Shown here piece by piece: positions 1 to 9,842 of a stretch of 23,534 nt of DNA. The notes beneath the pieces were generated by a model. That model worked only from the letters and a program-made list of their open reading frames with translations. It had not been told where the DNA came from and searched no databases. The first letter of the stretch is position 1, and every line of letters starts with the position of its first letter. Location of the stretch: positions 1-23,534 of IMG/VR virus record IMGVR_UViG_2563366895_000003; one strand, 5' to 3'. The stretch is from a virus. Its lineage: Duplodnaviria > Heunggongvirae > Uroviricota > Caudoviricetes. The translations under genes and the position numbers were made by a program.

Positions 1-1236
1 CTACGATAACCGCGCATTCAACATGGCTACCTGTTCGTCGTTCATGTCATCAATCCACATACCGTAAATTTCATACACCATCTGCGCAGTTTCATGCCCC
101 ATCTGGCTGGCTATAAACGCCGGGTTCGCTCCTGCCGTCAACAGCCAGCAGGCAAAAGTATGCCGCGTATGGTACGGATTACGGCGGCGAATACCAGCAC
201 GTTTTACTGCTGCATTCCATCTCGCACCCAAACTGCTTACCGAGTAATAAGGTTTCTGTTTTCCGTTACACACTCTGGGCATGAAAACAAAATGCAGTTT
301 TTGCTTTTCGGTTCTGCCGTACTCCCGATGATAAAAAGTGATTTCGCTTTTGCGATGATGCCCGGTCAGTTTGTATTGCTCCTTCAGTGCTTCAAGAGCA
401 GGCTGCAGTAGTGTTACCGTCCGGATCCCCGCATTTGTTTTTGGGGGACCGAACATATCAAGTATCGTCAGGTTTCTTCTGACATTCACAACTCCCTTCT
501 CGAAATCCACATCCTCCCACGCCAGAGCAGCCAGTTCCCCGTGACGAAGCCCGGAGTATACGGCAAATTTCCACAAGTTCTGGCTCTGTCCTTTTTCACT
601 TTCCATTAATGCATTGAATTCTGTTTTAGATAACGGGTCAGGCTTTATTCTGTTTCTCTGTAATTTTTTTACTCCTTCAAATGGTTTGGTTGATATAAAT
701 CCCGACTGATACGCAAAACGTAACAACGAACAGAGCAGGGCGATATAATTATCAACTGTGCGCACGGTTCTTCCTTTTTTGTTGGATCTTGGATTATCTA
801 GGTAAAGCGTTTCTCCATGCAGCAGTTCATTCCGGTAGTTTAAGATATCGCTATAACGAATATGCGATATCGGGGTACTCTCACAAATTATTATCCTGAG
901 TGTTTTTAATTGTGATTTCGTTTTCTTCATTGTGTTTGTTGTTAACTCTGTTTCTTTAATTTTTGTCCAGATATCACAAAGCTCCCCGAACGTTTTTATG
1001 ACCCTCGTTGTCACCATTTTTGCCCCAGTGCTGGACTGGGGAAAACGTCTTAAATACTCAAACTCACCGGAATTGATTTCATGAACTATCAACGCTCTTA
1101 AATTCCCGGCTTTTTTAATGTTACTGTTAGTAACCTCCCAGCCTTTCAATGTTTCCCGACATCGTTTTCCTCGAAACATGAACCAGATGCGAATGTATTT
1201 ACCTCGAATCTCGACACCTGTTGGTAATTTAGACAT
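1..1236 (-). CDS. intR: Phage tyrosine integrase (Rac IntR-like), 411 aa, complete
   Basis: Full-length ORF (TAG at 1-3, ATG at 1234-1236). Translation begins MSKLPTGVEIRGKYIRIWF and carries the tyrosine-recombinase C-terminal signature (HTRHTFACWL ... Y). Matches my recollection of Rac IntR. Confidence 0.9.
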   Translation of the reverse strand: MSKLPTGVEIRGKYIRIWFMFRGKRCRETLKGWEVTNSNIKKAGNLRALIVHEINSGEFEYLRRFPQSSTGAKMVTTRVIKTFGELCDIWTKIKETELTTNTMKKTKSQLKTLRIIICESTPISHIRYSDILNYRNELLHGETLYLDNPRSNKKGRTVRTVDNYIALLCSLLRFAYQSGFISTKPFEGVKKLQRNRIKPDPLSKTEFNALMESEKGQSQNLWKFAVYSGLRHGELAALAWEDVDFEKGVVNVRRNLTILDMFGPPKTNAGIRTVTLLQPALEALKEQYKLTGHHRKSEITFYHREYGRTEKQKLHFVFMPRVCNGKQKPYYSVSSLGARWNAAVKRAGIRRRNPYHTRHTFACWLLTAGANPAFIASQMGHETAQMVYEIYGMWIDDMNDEQVAMLNARLS

Positions 1237-1237
1237 A

Positions 1238-1453
1238 TCATGAGTCTTTGATAAACTGATTTATCTTTGGATAGTTGTACCAGATAATTCCTCGCTTACT
1301 GTCTGGCTTCCCTAAAGGAGATACTCGTTTGAAGTGGAAGCCTTCCACCCAACAGTTCTGGCGGTATGCTTCAATTTGTCTGGCCCCCAGACCAGTGCGA
1401 AGCATCAGGCCGTATTCAACCATCCACTCTTCATTAAAGATTACTTGTGCCAT
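1238..1453 (-). CDS. xisR: Excisionase-like small protein (Rac XisR/YdaQ-like), 71 aa
   Basis: Small ORF immediately upstream of int on the same strand. Start chosen at [10 protein letters not shown] (GAGGTG Shine-Dalgarno 6 nt upstream) rather than the longer ORF start at 1477. Confidence 0.7.
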   Translation of the reverse strand: MAQVIFNEEWMVEYGLMLRTGLGARQIEAYRQNCWVEGFHFKRVSPLGKPDSKRGIIWYNYPKINQFIKDS

Positions 1454-1552
1454 CGCATCACCTCTGGCAGGCGCCAATGTTAGACTTAGATTGACGCCCG
1501 ATGTTGATTATTAATAATCAGCTATGAAGTTTTAATTTGAATACAATGCAAT

Positions 1553-1741
1553 TCACGAGGACTGAAGTTTCTCGCAATTAAAATTTATCAGTTTTACTTT
1601 CTGCTCTCTGGAAACGCCTGCTTCTTTTTTACCTGAGAGCATTTTTTCGCATTCTGATTTAGTTAGTTTATATTTTGAATATCTTGTCCAGTTAGTAGGA
1701 GTGCCACCTTCCTTTTCAATAGTAGCGGTAATTTTATACAT
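1553..1741 (-). CDS. ydaC: Small Rac prophage protein YdaC-like, 62 aa
   Basis: ORF in the int-xis-ydaC-lar order. Start chosen at MYKITATIEKEGG with a GGAGGTG Shine-Dalgarno; it overlaps the lar stop by a few nt. Confidence 0.6.
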   Translation of the reverse strand: MYKITATIEKEGGTPTNWTRYSKYKLTKSECEKMLSGKKEAGVSREQKVKLINFNCEKLQSS

Positions 1742-1940
1742 GAACACCTCCATTATTATTTCCAGTGGTTCGTTTATTCCATCTTTCGAGTGCTTCTTTT
1801 TCACTTCCACCATAACCGGTTCGGGATTCGCATCCGTTACACTTCGCTCGGTAATATCCTGAAATGGCTTTCACCGTTACTGATGGACAACCACAAAATG
1901 GACATGGTTTAACATTGTCATATCTCATAATTTTTCTCAT
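1734..1940 (-). CDS. ralR: Restriction alleviation protein Lar/RalR-like, 68 aa
   Basis: Translation MRKIMRYDNVKPCPFCGCPSVTVKAISGYYRAKCNGCESRTGYGG; four-Cys zinc-ribbon-like motif (CPFC ... CNGC). The longer ORF start at 1967 (MHRQLEIFF) is also possible. Confidence 0.75.
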   Translation of the reverse strand: MRKIMRYDNVKPCPFCGCPSVTVKAISGYYRAKCNGCESRTGYGGSEKEALERWNKRTTGNNNGGVHV

Positions 1941-1984
1941 AAAAAATATTTCAAGTTGGCGGTGCATTACACCGCCAGGCTGAA

Positions 1985-2794
1985 TTATTCCTCTGAATTA
2001 TCGATTACACTGTATTCCCCGGTTAATACAGAGGAATCTGCAGGATCGATTGTCAGTGGTTCCTTTTCATCCATTGATACTGCACGCTGGATCTCAATTG
2101 ATACGGGCAGATATTTGAACAGGCGACGAATAGCCGTTTTTTTTGCCATTTCTTCCCAGTGAGTTACCCACGGCCCGTTATTACCAGCTTTACTCTGGCT
2201 GCGCACCAGCTCAATCTGTTTGCGCGTCATAACTTCAAACTGAGTACCTCCGTCTTTCAGTCTTGCGACAGCATAGACGTGGGTAACCGGGGCATCTTCG
2301 TTTTCTCCTGGGCGGTGTATTAACTTTTCATCAAGGCCAAATTCGAAATTAAACTCGTCACCTTCACGGACAACACGGGCTGACAGGCTGGCGATTTGAC
2401 CTGAACGGCGAGCCAGATCAATCATGCCGCGATAGCCAATGATTAGCTGAACGTTTTTTTTACCGCTCTTTTCGTTTTTATTACCAAAAGGCAGTAAATA
2501 TGCATGACCGAGGGCGCTACCGGGCTCAAGTCCGAGCTGTGAACACTGTACGATTGCACTGACAAAACTCATAGTGTCACAGTTTCCTAACGCCGGAACT
2601 TTACGAATTTCTGTGGTGGCGATACGGATCATACGTTCAGCCGTCATATGCCGTGGAAGAGCTGCTGCCAGTTGCTCTTTCATTGATGGCTGGTTAATAA
2701 AACTAATCACGTCGTTATTTTTAATTGCTGCTGGTGCACGGTTTCCCTGAGTTTTTTGCAGATCGGCTTTTGCGATTGGGGGTTGCTTAGTCAT
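1985..2794 (-). CDS. recT: Recombinase RecT (single-strand annealing protein), 269 aa
   Basis: Translation from [28 protein letters not shown] matches RecT as I recall it. Its ATG overlaps the recE stop (ATGACTAA), the arrangement I recall for recE-recT. Confidence 0.92.
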   Translation of the reverse strand: MTKQPPIAKADLQKTQGNRAPAAIKNNDVISFINQPSMKEQLAAALPRHMTAERMIRIATTEIRKVPALGNCDTMSFVSAIVQCSQLGLEPGSALGHAYLLPFGNKNEKSGKKNVQLIIGYRGMIDLARRSGQIASLSARVVREGDEFNFEFGLDEKLIHRPGENEDAPVTHVYAVARLKDGGTQFEVMTRKQIELVRSQSKAGNNGPWVTHWEEMAKKTAIRRLFKYLPVSIEIQRAVSMDEKEPLTIDPADSSVLTGEYSVIDNSEE

Positions 2795-5387
2795 TTGCAT
2801 ATTCCTTAGCCCAGCGGGGCAGTGATAACGTCTTAATAGCTGGCCATTCATCGGTATTGAGGCAGTCAGCCAGGGTTCGCAGATTGCGGTGATATTCCAG
2901 CTGACCTGCCAGTTTTGCTTCTTCGCCCATCATGAAAATTTCAACCGGATAACGTCCGCATTCAATAGTTGTGCTGGCAACCAGAAAAACGAAAGTTGGC
3001 TGCACTCCAAACTGTGCTTCATAACCGTCACTGTAGAATGCATCCTGAACGTGATAGCGGTAGTCGTAATAAGCGGTTTTGAATCGTTGAATATCCGCCG
3101 TAGTTTTCACGTCCATGATCCAGTGAAATTCAGGGATAATTTTGTCCGGACGGCACCGACACAAAATTCCTGTTTCAGGATCTTCCCAGTAAATTGATGA
3201 TTCAGCGTGTCCGGCGCTTTCAACAAGCCATTGCCCCAGCGGCAAAGCCATAACGCTTTGATACATGAGTTCAATTTTCCGGCCTTCTTCCGCAGTGATA
3301 ACCGTTTTTCCTGTGCTTGCGCATTCCATCAGAAACGCTTTCTCCTCTTCTTTTCCGGCGTTTGTACGGCGGTTAAATTCAGGTGCTACGATAAAGCGGT
3401 TACTGAATTCTTCCGGTTCAAGTACCCGGCAGTGGAAAGCGGTTCCTAAATCGAGCGTTTTTGTCTTTGTGGTGTCCACGGGGGCATTTTTACGCCACAA
3501 ATACAATGCCGGAGTATCAGCAATGTCATCGAGCTGAGACTTACTGACACCGGGACCCGCGTGGTAATTCTCATTCGAAATTCCGTAATAAATACCTGGC
3601 TCTATGTCTTCTACGATTACGGGATCTGCGACTTTGCCAGTTTCATCACTGCAATCGCGATGCGGATCGCTGCCAGCATTCTCATTGTGCGGATGTTCAG
3701 CGCCTTCCATTTCCTCCGGATCATTTTCCTTAGCTTCAACCTGACTCTCTTCATCGAATGTTTCCTGGTATGTTGCGTCGCCCATCACCGCACCACAGTC
3801 AGGGCAGTTATCCCCGCCAGTCTGGCCGCAGGCATTGCAGGCTATTTCCGGTTCCTGTTGCACTACTGGCTCAGGTTGATTCATATCCGGGCTGGTTTTT
3901 TCCGTTTCTGGCTGGTTCTGGTACACAGAATCGCGAGTCTGGATCCCCTTTACCCATTTCGGATCGTTCGGGTCGCTAATTCCGTCAACAAATTCACCAC
4001 GTGATGCAGCAAGCAATTTATTGGCATCGACAGGATTTTTTGATGGAATGTTTTTCCGGGCTTCATGGAGTTCTGCCCGCAGTTCCTGATATTTCGCATC
4101 AACAGAATTTACCTGTGACTGAGCATCCAGCGGCTGCGTGTCCTGATGATGTTCAGTTGCGTCCGGTTCCATTGTTTCAGTCTCTCCCTGTTCAACTGCC
4201 GTTGTTCCAGATGGTTGCGGTTTTTCTTCATCATCCTGTTTTCCTTCTTCTGTTACTCGCTGCGGCATCGGGGCAGAGGAGCGACCGCAGGCAATATCCA
4301 CGATTTCCGGATCAGGGTTGGCATGATCGGTTTCAGTCAGTACTTTGTTCAGATATTCAGTGACGTGCGCGGGGATGATCTCGATCCCAATTGGTGCTTC
4401 TTTTACGGAAGCAACCACGATGGCGCGGGAATAATCCAGCCCGCCAGGCATGGTGATGAATTTGTCGCGGAAAACAGAAAAGGGCGGTTTATTTTCAGCG
4501 ATAATTTCCTCAATGCGTTTAGCGTGTGCCGGATGAATGTTATAGATGTCCAGATCCATTGAACGGGCCAGTACGCCAGTGGCTACGTCGCGCGCCAGTG
4601 ACGTCAGATCGTGTACGAAACCTTTGCCGCGATCGGTGAGGTTTCCGCCGCCAGCATTAGCACCGGAAGCCGTGCGAGTGATGTGTGAAACACGATTACC
4701 CTTCATCCACTCTTTTGTCAGCAGTCCTCGATCGGTGTAGTCAGCGTTCAGGTATGCTTCGAAAAAAGCAGTTATCAGTCCCAGGTTTGAATTACCAGGA
4801 TTAGGGAAAACTTTGTCAGTGTCACGAACCAGTTTGTGGAGATCGCGAATTTCCAGCGGGTCGAGCAGGCTGGTTTTGTGGGAAACAGCCAGGGCAGTAA
4901 CAGCCGGTAGTTCTTCAGCCCGAGCAATGTGTAATGCCTGGAGTCCGTCGCGTGAAACGTGCGTTACCGGTTTTTCGCTGCCGTGTTGAGCAAGCCAACG
5001 AATGGGCAGTTCCTGGCCAGAAATTGGGAGTAGCATATTCTCCTCAATCTCAGTCATGTCTTCGCCGTTGACGTTGGTATTGCCTTGATAGTGAGCGTTG
5101 TCTGGTGCTGCTCCCGGTTTTAGTTCCCATGTCATGGAGTCTTTGCTGAGTTGATAGCGTTCACTCCAGGTAAAATCGATCTCACCTTCAGCGGGCAGGT
5201 CATTAACGACAGGAAAATTCGTGGCAACAGCTTTAAAATAGCTGCTCAGTTTTTTACCTGACTTAACGATCAGGTAGTCCAGAGTGGCACAGGTCGATTC
5301 AAAATCGTCGCTTGCCCACAGGACGACGTCAGGTTCACCGGATGATTTTTTCGCTTTCCGTAACAGGAAGAGTGGTTTTGTGCTCAT
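2787..5387 (-). CDS. recE: Exodeoxyribonuclease VIII RecE, 866 aa
   Basis: 866-aa ORF. Acidic, repeat-poor N-terminal two thirds and a C-terminal nuclease-type region; GAGG Shine-Dalgarno before the ATG; immediately upstream of recT on the same strand. Confidence 0.92.
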   Translation of the reverse strand: MSTKPLFLLRKAKKSSGEPDVVLWASDDFESTCATLDYLIVKSGKKLSSYFKAVATNFPVVNDLPAEGEIDFTWSERYQLSKDSMTWELKPGAAPDNAHYQGNTNVNGEDMTEIEENMLLPISGQELPIRWLAQHGSEKPVTHVSRDGLQALHIARAEELPAVTALAVSHKTSLLDPLEIRDLHKLVRDTDKVFPNPGNSNLGLITAFFEAYLNADYTDRGLLTKEWMKGNRVSHITRTASGANAGGGNLTDRGKGFVHDLTSLARDVATGVLARSMDLDIYNIHPAHAKRIEEIIAENKPPFSVFRDKFITMPGGLDYSRAIVVASVKEAPIGIEIIPAHVTEYLNKVLTETDHANPDPEIVDIACGRSSAPMPQRVTEEGKQDDEEKPQPSGTTAVEQGETETMEPDATEHHQDTQPLDAQSQVNSVDAKYQELRAELHEARKNIPSKNPVDANKLLAASRGEFVDGISDPNDPKWVKGIQTRDSVYQNQPETEKTSPDMNQPEPVVQQEPEIACNACGQTGGDNCPDCGAVMGDATYQETFDEESQVEAKENDPEEMEGAEHPHNENAGSDPHRDCSDETGKVADPVIVEDIEPGIYYGISNENYHAGPGVSKSQLDDIADTPALYLWRKNAPVDTTKTKTLDLGTAFHCRVLEPEEFSNRFIVAPEFNRRTNAGKEEEKAFLMECASTGKTVITAEEGRKIELMYQSVMALPLGQWLVESAGHAESSIYWEDPETGILCRCRPDKIIPEFHWIMDVKTTADIQRFKTAYYDYRYHVQDAFYSDGYEAQFGVQPTFVFLVASTTIECGRYPVEIFMMGEEAKLAGQLEYHRNLRTLADCLNTDEWPAIKTLSLPRWAKEYAND

Positions 5388-5459
5388 TGTTTTTTAACCT
5401 CAACTCAGATTAAAATTCGTTTTGTTCAGTGAATGATCTTGCCGGATACACACTGTTCA

Positions 5460-5490
5460 TAGCCTGCGCCATACGCAGGCTATTTCTTTC
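5460..5490. other. Perfect 9-bp stem-loop (TAGCCTGCG-CCATA-CGCAGGCTA) plus TTTCTTTC in the racC-recE intergenic region
   Basis: Read directly from the sequence. The T-rich tail is on the plus strand, so it is not a canonical terminator for the minus-strand operon; possibly an RNA processing or stability element. Confidence 0.4.
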
Positions 5491-5764
5491 AGATTTCACC
5501 TTTTAATTTCATTGCAATTAGAGTTGCCAGAAATTCGGCTTTTTTTTCTGCGGGCAGATTCTTTCCGGTATGCACCAGGCACATTTTTTTGACACCTTCG
5601 TGAAGTGTTTTAACGTTGCCTGATGGACCGTCGATATCAACCACAGTGAATGGGGTTTCTTTATTTTCTGTTTTAATCACGTAGCCAATACGCTTTCCTT
5701 CCAGATTAACTTCGTGAACAATGTCATCAGTAGTTACAACAGTGGCTTCATAACTGGTAATCAT
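5489..5764 (-). CDS. racC: RacC, 91 aa
   Basis: Start chosen at MITSYEATVV with an AAGGAG Shine-Dalgarno 6 nt upstream; the longer ORF start at 5812 has no such support. Confidence 0.8.
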   Translation of the reverse strand: MITSYEATVVTTDDIVHEVNLEGKRIGYVIKTENKETPFTVVDIDGPSGNVKTLHEGVKKMCLVHTGKNLPAEKKAEFLATLIAMKLKGEI

Positions 5765-5838
5765 GTTTTTCTCCTTAATTAAGGTTGAGCGAATCCCTGC
5801 CATTGCTGGCATAAATTCAGTTTCGCATAGTCAGTTAA

Positions 5839-6009
5839 TTAAAGTTCGTGTGCCATCTGGTCTTTTTCGGCACATATTTCACTACAATATTTTTTCATTT
5901 CCGTCGTTGGGATAACTCCACGCATGAAATGAAGTGGTCTTTTAATGCTTTTGCTTTCTTTAACTTCTTTATCGCAAAGATGGTAAGCACATTTTATTTT
6001 CTTAGTCAT
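5839..6009 (-). CDS. ydaE: YdaE-like Cys-rich small protein, 56 aa (below the ORF-track cutoff)
   Basis: Hand translation: [56 protein letters not shown]. The ATG at 6007-6009 overlaps the kilR stop (ATGA), suggesting translational coupling. Confidence 0.65.
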   Translation of the reverse strand: MTKKIKCAYHLCDKEVKESKSIKRPLHFMRGVIPTTEMKKYCSEICAEKDQMAHEL

Positions 6010-6230
6010 CACCATGACTCCGCCTTTACAGGTAAACCATCACGACCGAGGAAGACTTTAATCATGCAGTCAGTAATGCATGTTTTTGTGGTCAGGTTAC
6101 GAATATAAAGTTTTCGCTTTTTAATATTGTTTGCCGAGGCAATATATGTCCGGCCGTTATGAAGAATATAATCACCAGGAGTCACACACTGACGAGGTAT
6201 TTCATCAGTTCCGAAGTGATGAGCAATCAT
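6009..6230 (-). CDS. kilR: Cell-division inhibitor KilR, 73 aa
   Basis: Translation [46 protein letters not shown]; GGAGAT Shine-Dalgarno 4 nt upstream of the chosen ATG. Confidence 0.8.
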   Translation of the reverse strand: MIAHHFGTDEIPRQCVTPGDYILHNGRTYIASANNIKKRKLYIRNLTTKTCITDCMIKVFLGRDGLPVKAESW

Positions 6231-6321
6231 AATTATCTCCATTTTCACAAATGAACTTTGTTGATGCGGTGCCTGGTGCCTCCAGGTGACGTTAACCAGT
6301 TAACAATTAACGCCGGATACC

Positions 6322-6660
6322 GTGGCTGATGTCATGAGTGCTCTACACGCTAGCTATGACGACGGGCAATCAGGCGAAAAATTTTTGCGGGAACTGTGCC
6401 AAGTGGATCTGCTGGTTCTTGATGAAATTGGCATTCAGCGCGAGACAAAAAACGAGCAGGTGGTGCTGCACCAGATTGTTGATCGCCGGACAGCGTCGAT
6501 GCGCAGCGTGGGGATGCTGACAAACCTGAACTATGAGGCCATGAAAACATTGCTCGGCGAGAGGATTATGGATCGCATGACCATGAACGGCGGGCGATGG
6601 GTGAATTTTAACTGGGAGAGCTGGCGTCCGAATGTCGTCCAGCTAGGAATTGCGAAGTGA
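6322..6660 (+). pseudogene. 5'-truncated DnaC-like helicase-loader remnant (C-terminal ~112 aa only)
   Basis: The ORF begins inside the AAA+ domain: a Walker-B-like DLLVLDEIG sits at residues ~29-37 and no Walker A/P-loop precedes it. No plausible start or Shine-Dalgarno. Confidence 0.6.
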
Positions 6661-6682
6661 TTTTTACCGGGAGGAAATTTTA

Positions 6683-7444
6683 ATGGAAACCGTTTTTGAT
6701 GCACTGAAAGCAATGGGAAAAGCCACGTCGGTAGAACTGGCTGCGCGACTTGATATCAGTCGTGAAGAAGTGCTGAACGAGCTGTGGGAACTGAAAAAGG
6801 CTGGATTCGTTGATAAAAGCGTATACACCTGGCGTGTGGCCGATAACAACGTTCAGCAGGAACATCCAGTGCCGGAAGAACAGCCGGAAGAAATCGCCAC
6901 AGCAACAGTGACGAAAATATCGGAGTGCGATTTAACCGCGACGATTGAACAACGTGGTCCACTAACTGCGGATGAACTGGCTACGTTGTTCGGTACCACA
7001 TCACGCAAAGTGGCTTCAACGCTGGCAATGGCAATCAGCAAGGGGCGTCTGATTCGCGTAAATCAGAACGGTAAATTTCGTTACTGCATGCCGGGCGATA
7101 ATTTACCAGCAGAACCGAAAGCTGCATTGGTAACGAAAAATGATGGTAAAGCCTTTCCTCAGCCAGCCGGTGCTGCGTTACCAGTACAGGAAGCGGCAAC
7201 ACAGGAAGATATTAAAACAGAAACTGTGGCGGACATTGTGCAGTCGCTGCCATCGTTTACTGAAACGCAAGCGGATGACTTGGTTTTACCATCGCTGCAT
7301 ATAGCAAACCGCGAACTGCGTCGGGCGAAAAATCATGTCCAGAAGTGGGAGCGTGTCTGCGCCGCGCTGCGGGAGCTGAACAAGCACCGGGATATTGTTC
7401 GACAGATTGTCGATTCCTCCAGTCGTATTGTGTCGGAAAAGTGA
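6683..7444 (+). CDS. Tandem winged-helix (wHTH) protein, 253 aa, function unknown
   Basis: GGGAGG Shine-Dalgarno before the ATG at 6683. Two internally similar segments ([30 protein letters not shown] and [31 protein letters not shown]) each resemble a wHTH recognition unit. Confidence 0.65.
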   Translation: METVFDALKAMGKATSVELAARLDISREEVLNELWELKKAGFVDKSVYTWRVADNNVQQEHPVPEEQPEEIATATVTKISECDLTATIEQRGPLTADELATLFGTTSRKVASTLAMAISKGRLIRVNQNGKFRYCMPGDNLPAEPKAALVTKNDGKAFPQPAGAALPVQEAATQEDIKTETVADIVQSLPSFTETQADDLVLPSLHIANRELRRAKNHVQKWERVCAALRELNKHRDIVRQIVDSSSRIVSEK

Positions 7445-7459
7445 TTGCCGGAGGCGCTT

Positions 7460-7882
7460 ATGGCAAAAGTTTTTACACAGGAAGAGCGTGAAAAAATTAA
7501 GGAGCAGGTTGTTGAGCTGGTACGCCAGAGTGGGCGCGAGACGTTAAGGCAACTGGAGGCCAAGACAGGGGCGACAAGATATCTGATGAACATTCTTGCC
7601 AGAGAGTTGGTTGCCAGTGGCGATGTATACAACTCTGGCTATGGGTTATTTACCTCTGAACAGGCTCGTAAGGACTGGAATAACGCCCGCAAAAAACTAT
7701 CCAGGGCAAAGGTGAAAAAAACGGTTGTGGTTGATCCTGACCTTATCTGGTCATTACCAGACGGAGAAATACGCCGATATGACGGGCGTCTGAATATAAT
7801 CTGTAGCGAGTGCCGTAAGAGCGAAGTTATGAAGCGTGTACTGATGTTTTATCGAGGAAGTATCCAGGAATTTATTCGGTAA
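7460..7882 (+). CDS. Hypothetical prophage protein, 140 aa
   Basis: GGAGG Shine-Dalgarno 5 nt before the ATG at 7460; follows the previous gene after a 15-nt gap; no recognisable motif. Confidence 0.6.
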   Translation: MAKVFTQEEREKIKEQVVELVRQSGRETLRQLEAKTGATRYLMNILARELVASGDVYNSGYGLFTSEQARKDWNNARKKLSRAKVKKTVVVDPDLIWSLPDGEIRRYDGRLNIICSECRKSEVMKRVLMFYRGSIQEFIR

Positions 7883-8018
7883 GCAAAATCAAAATGTAAT
7901 CGCTCAAGTTTAAGTTGGTGTATCTACGGCGCAGAGCCATCGCCTCATCTGGCACTGCGCTAAAATCAAATTTAGTTCCACTCTTTATTTCGTATCTGCT
8001 AAAACGCTACATAAAATT

Positions 8019-8291
8019 TTACTTTTTTAAAGAATAAGGGAATATGTGCACCATATTGGAGGCTAGTGGATATATTCCTATGCTACGAGTTGTCTTTTTT
8101 AGTTGATCTATGCTTGCTTCTTTATCGGGAGCCCGGCCTCCCCACACTGTAACTCCCTCAGGTATATCGATTGGGCGACTTTTGTTTTCATCTGTGATTT
8201 CAATCGTTTCCCCATTATTAAGCGTAATAATCAACGATGACACGTCCAGGTGTTGTGTATTCCCATTTTTATTTTTAATGTCTATTTTCAT
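8019..8291 (-). CDS. Hypothetical small protein, 90 aa, AT-rich
   Basis: ORF only; no convincing Shine-Dalgarno. Composition differs from neighbours. May be spurious. Confidence 0.3.
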   Translation of the reverse strand: MKIDIKNKNGNTQHLDVSSLIITLNNGETIEITDENKSRPIDIPEGVTVWGGRAPDKEASIDQLKKTTRSIGIYPLASNMVHIFPYSLKK

Positions 8292-8561
8292 GGCTATTTC
8301 ATTATATGTTATCTGTGCTGGAGTAATAAGTTTACAGTATTAAGAAGCATTTTGACGAAACAATCAACTGACTTATCAGCTAAGGTGGCATTGTAATGCG
8401 ATCTGATTGGTATCATCAGGACGCTGTTCAAAAAAGGGGGATTAGTTGATCTTGAAATCTTGCTCAAAATGTGTAGCCTCTCGTTTAACTGCCAACTTTT
8501 TGGGGCAGTACACTCTGATGCTACACAACTTGCAAGTTTCATTACCCCGACGTAAACATTT

Positions 8562-9230
8562 ATGACAGTTGCTGATTTCAAACGTCCTAAGTTGGAGCTC
8601 CCAAACGGGGCAAACAAACTACTATTACACTCTTGTTGTGCACCATGTTCCGGTGAAGTGATGGAGGCTCTTCAGGCCTCAGGAATCGACTACACCATCT
8701 TCTTCTATAATCCGAACATTCATCCTCAGAAAGAGTATTTGATTCGTAAGAATGAGAATATTCGATTTGCTGAACAACATGGTGTACCGTTTATCGATGC
8801 TGATTACGACACTGACAACTGGTTTGAGCGAGCCAAAGGAATGGAATGGGAGCCCGAACGTGGGAGGCGTTGTACTATGTGTTTTGACATGCGTTTTGAA
8901 CGGACGGCGCTGTACGCCGCTGAAAATGGTTTCAGTGTGATCAGCAGTTCACTGGGCATTTCACGCTGGAAAAATATGCAGCAGGTTAACGACAGCGGAC
9001 GGCGAGCTGTCGCACATTATCCGGGCATGGTGTACTGGGATTATAACTGGCGCAAGCAGGGAGGCTCGTCCCGCATGATTGAAATCAGCAAACGCGAACA
9101 ATTCTATCAGCAGGAATATTGTGGTTGCGTGTATTCACTTCGCGATACCAATTTACACCGCAAATCCCAGGGACGCCCTCTTATCAAAATTGGTCAACTC
9201 CACTACGGTAAAGAAGAAGGGCAGGAATGA
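8562..9230 (+). CDS. queH: DUF208/QueH-like protein (putative epoxyqueuosine reductase), 222 aa
   Basis: N-terminal [11 protein letters not shown] plus [10 protein letters not shown] and YCGCVYS motifs, which I recall as the conserved Cys signature of the QueH/DUF208 family. Single-gene unit with its own flanking non-coding DNA. Confidence 0.65.
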   Translation: MTVADFKRPKLELPNGANKLLLHSCCAPCSGEVMEALQASGIDYTIFFYNPNIHPQKEYLIRKNENIRFAEQHGVPFIDADYDTDNWFERAKGMEWEPERGRRCTMCFDMRFERTALYAAENGFSVISSSLGISRWKNMQQVNDSGRRAVAHYPGMVYWDYNWRKQGGSSRMIEISKREQFYQQEYCGCVYSLRDTNLHRKSQGRPLIKIGQLHYGKEEGQE

Positions 9231-9770
9231 TTTTTACATTACGTCAACAGAGTGTCACAACGTTTCTATATATGGTATGCCGACCGTAATTTTCGAATCA
9301 TCATGACTAATAGGCAGGTCACCTATGCCAGCAATGACCTGCTCATCTTGAAATTAGCAGAAATCTTGTAGCTATGATGTAGCTCAAAATAGTTTTTCAT
9401 TCTTTTACCTGATGTCTGTTCCTGGCTGAAAACAGACTGTATTATTTGATTACGCACCACTGACACTTGTGTATTGAAGTAGTGAGTACAAAGCCACATA
9501 TTTATCAGTGTATGTATACGTCAAAAACAGAAGATTGTTGTGCTGGTTCTGAAGTGTGCGTTAGCAATAGTGGCTGTGGTGGCAATTTATTGCCTTGTTG
9601 TTGTTCTTATGGAGCGACTTTCTGATTGATTACATACTGGCTAAAAAAAAGCGTTTGCCTGGCTTATCTTTGTCCGGCAAGGTGCGCTCATTAATCTGAA
9701 GTAAATTTATTTCTTAAGTATTCAGATTACTTCTTATGGTCGAAGTCTCCTGGCAATGTAGAACCAAAAT

Positions 9771-9813
9771 ATTTACAAAAACGAGACCCGTCGAGGATAG
9801 CTCTGCCGGGTCT
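9771..9813 (-). terminator. Intrinsic terminator candidate for the YeaR-like gene
   Basis: 7-bp stem AGACCCG/CGGGTCT with a 16-nt loop; on the minus strand it is followed by CGTTTTTGTAAAT. Confidence 0.45.
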
Positions 9814-9842
9814 GATTGTTAAAGTATTTTTAATATGATCAT

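Noticed and set aside
2889-4740. Series of plus-strand ORFs (102-147 aa) antisense to recE
   Set aside because: All lie entirely within the well-supported recE coding region on the opposite strand, have no ribosome-binding sites, and give low-complexity translations typical of antisense frames.
6338-7041. Multiple 60-68 aa ORFs on both strands overlapping the DnaC-like remnant and the winged-helix gene
   Set aside because: Overlapping-frame artefacts in a GC-richer segment; no start-site support.
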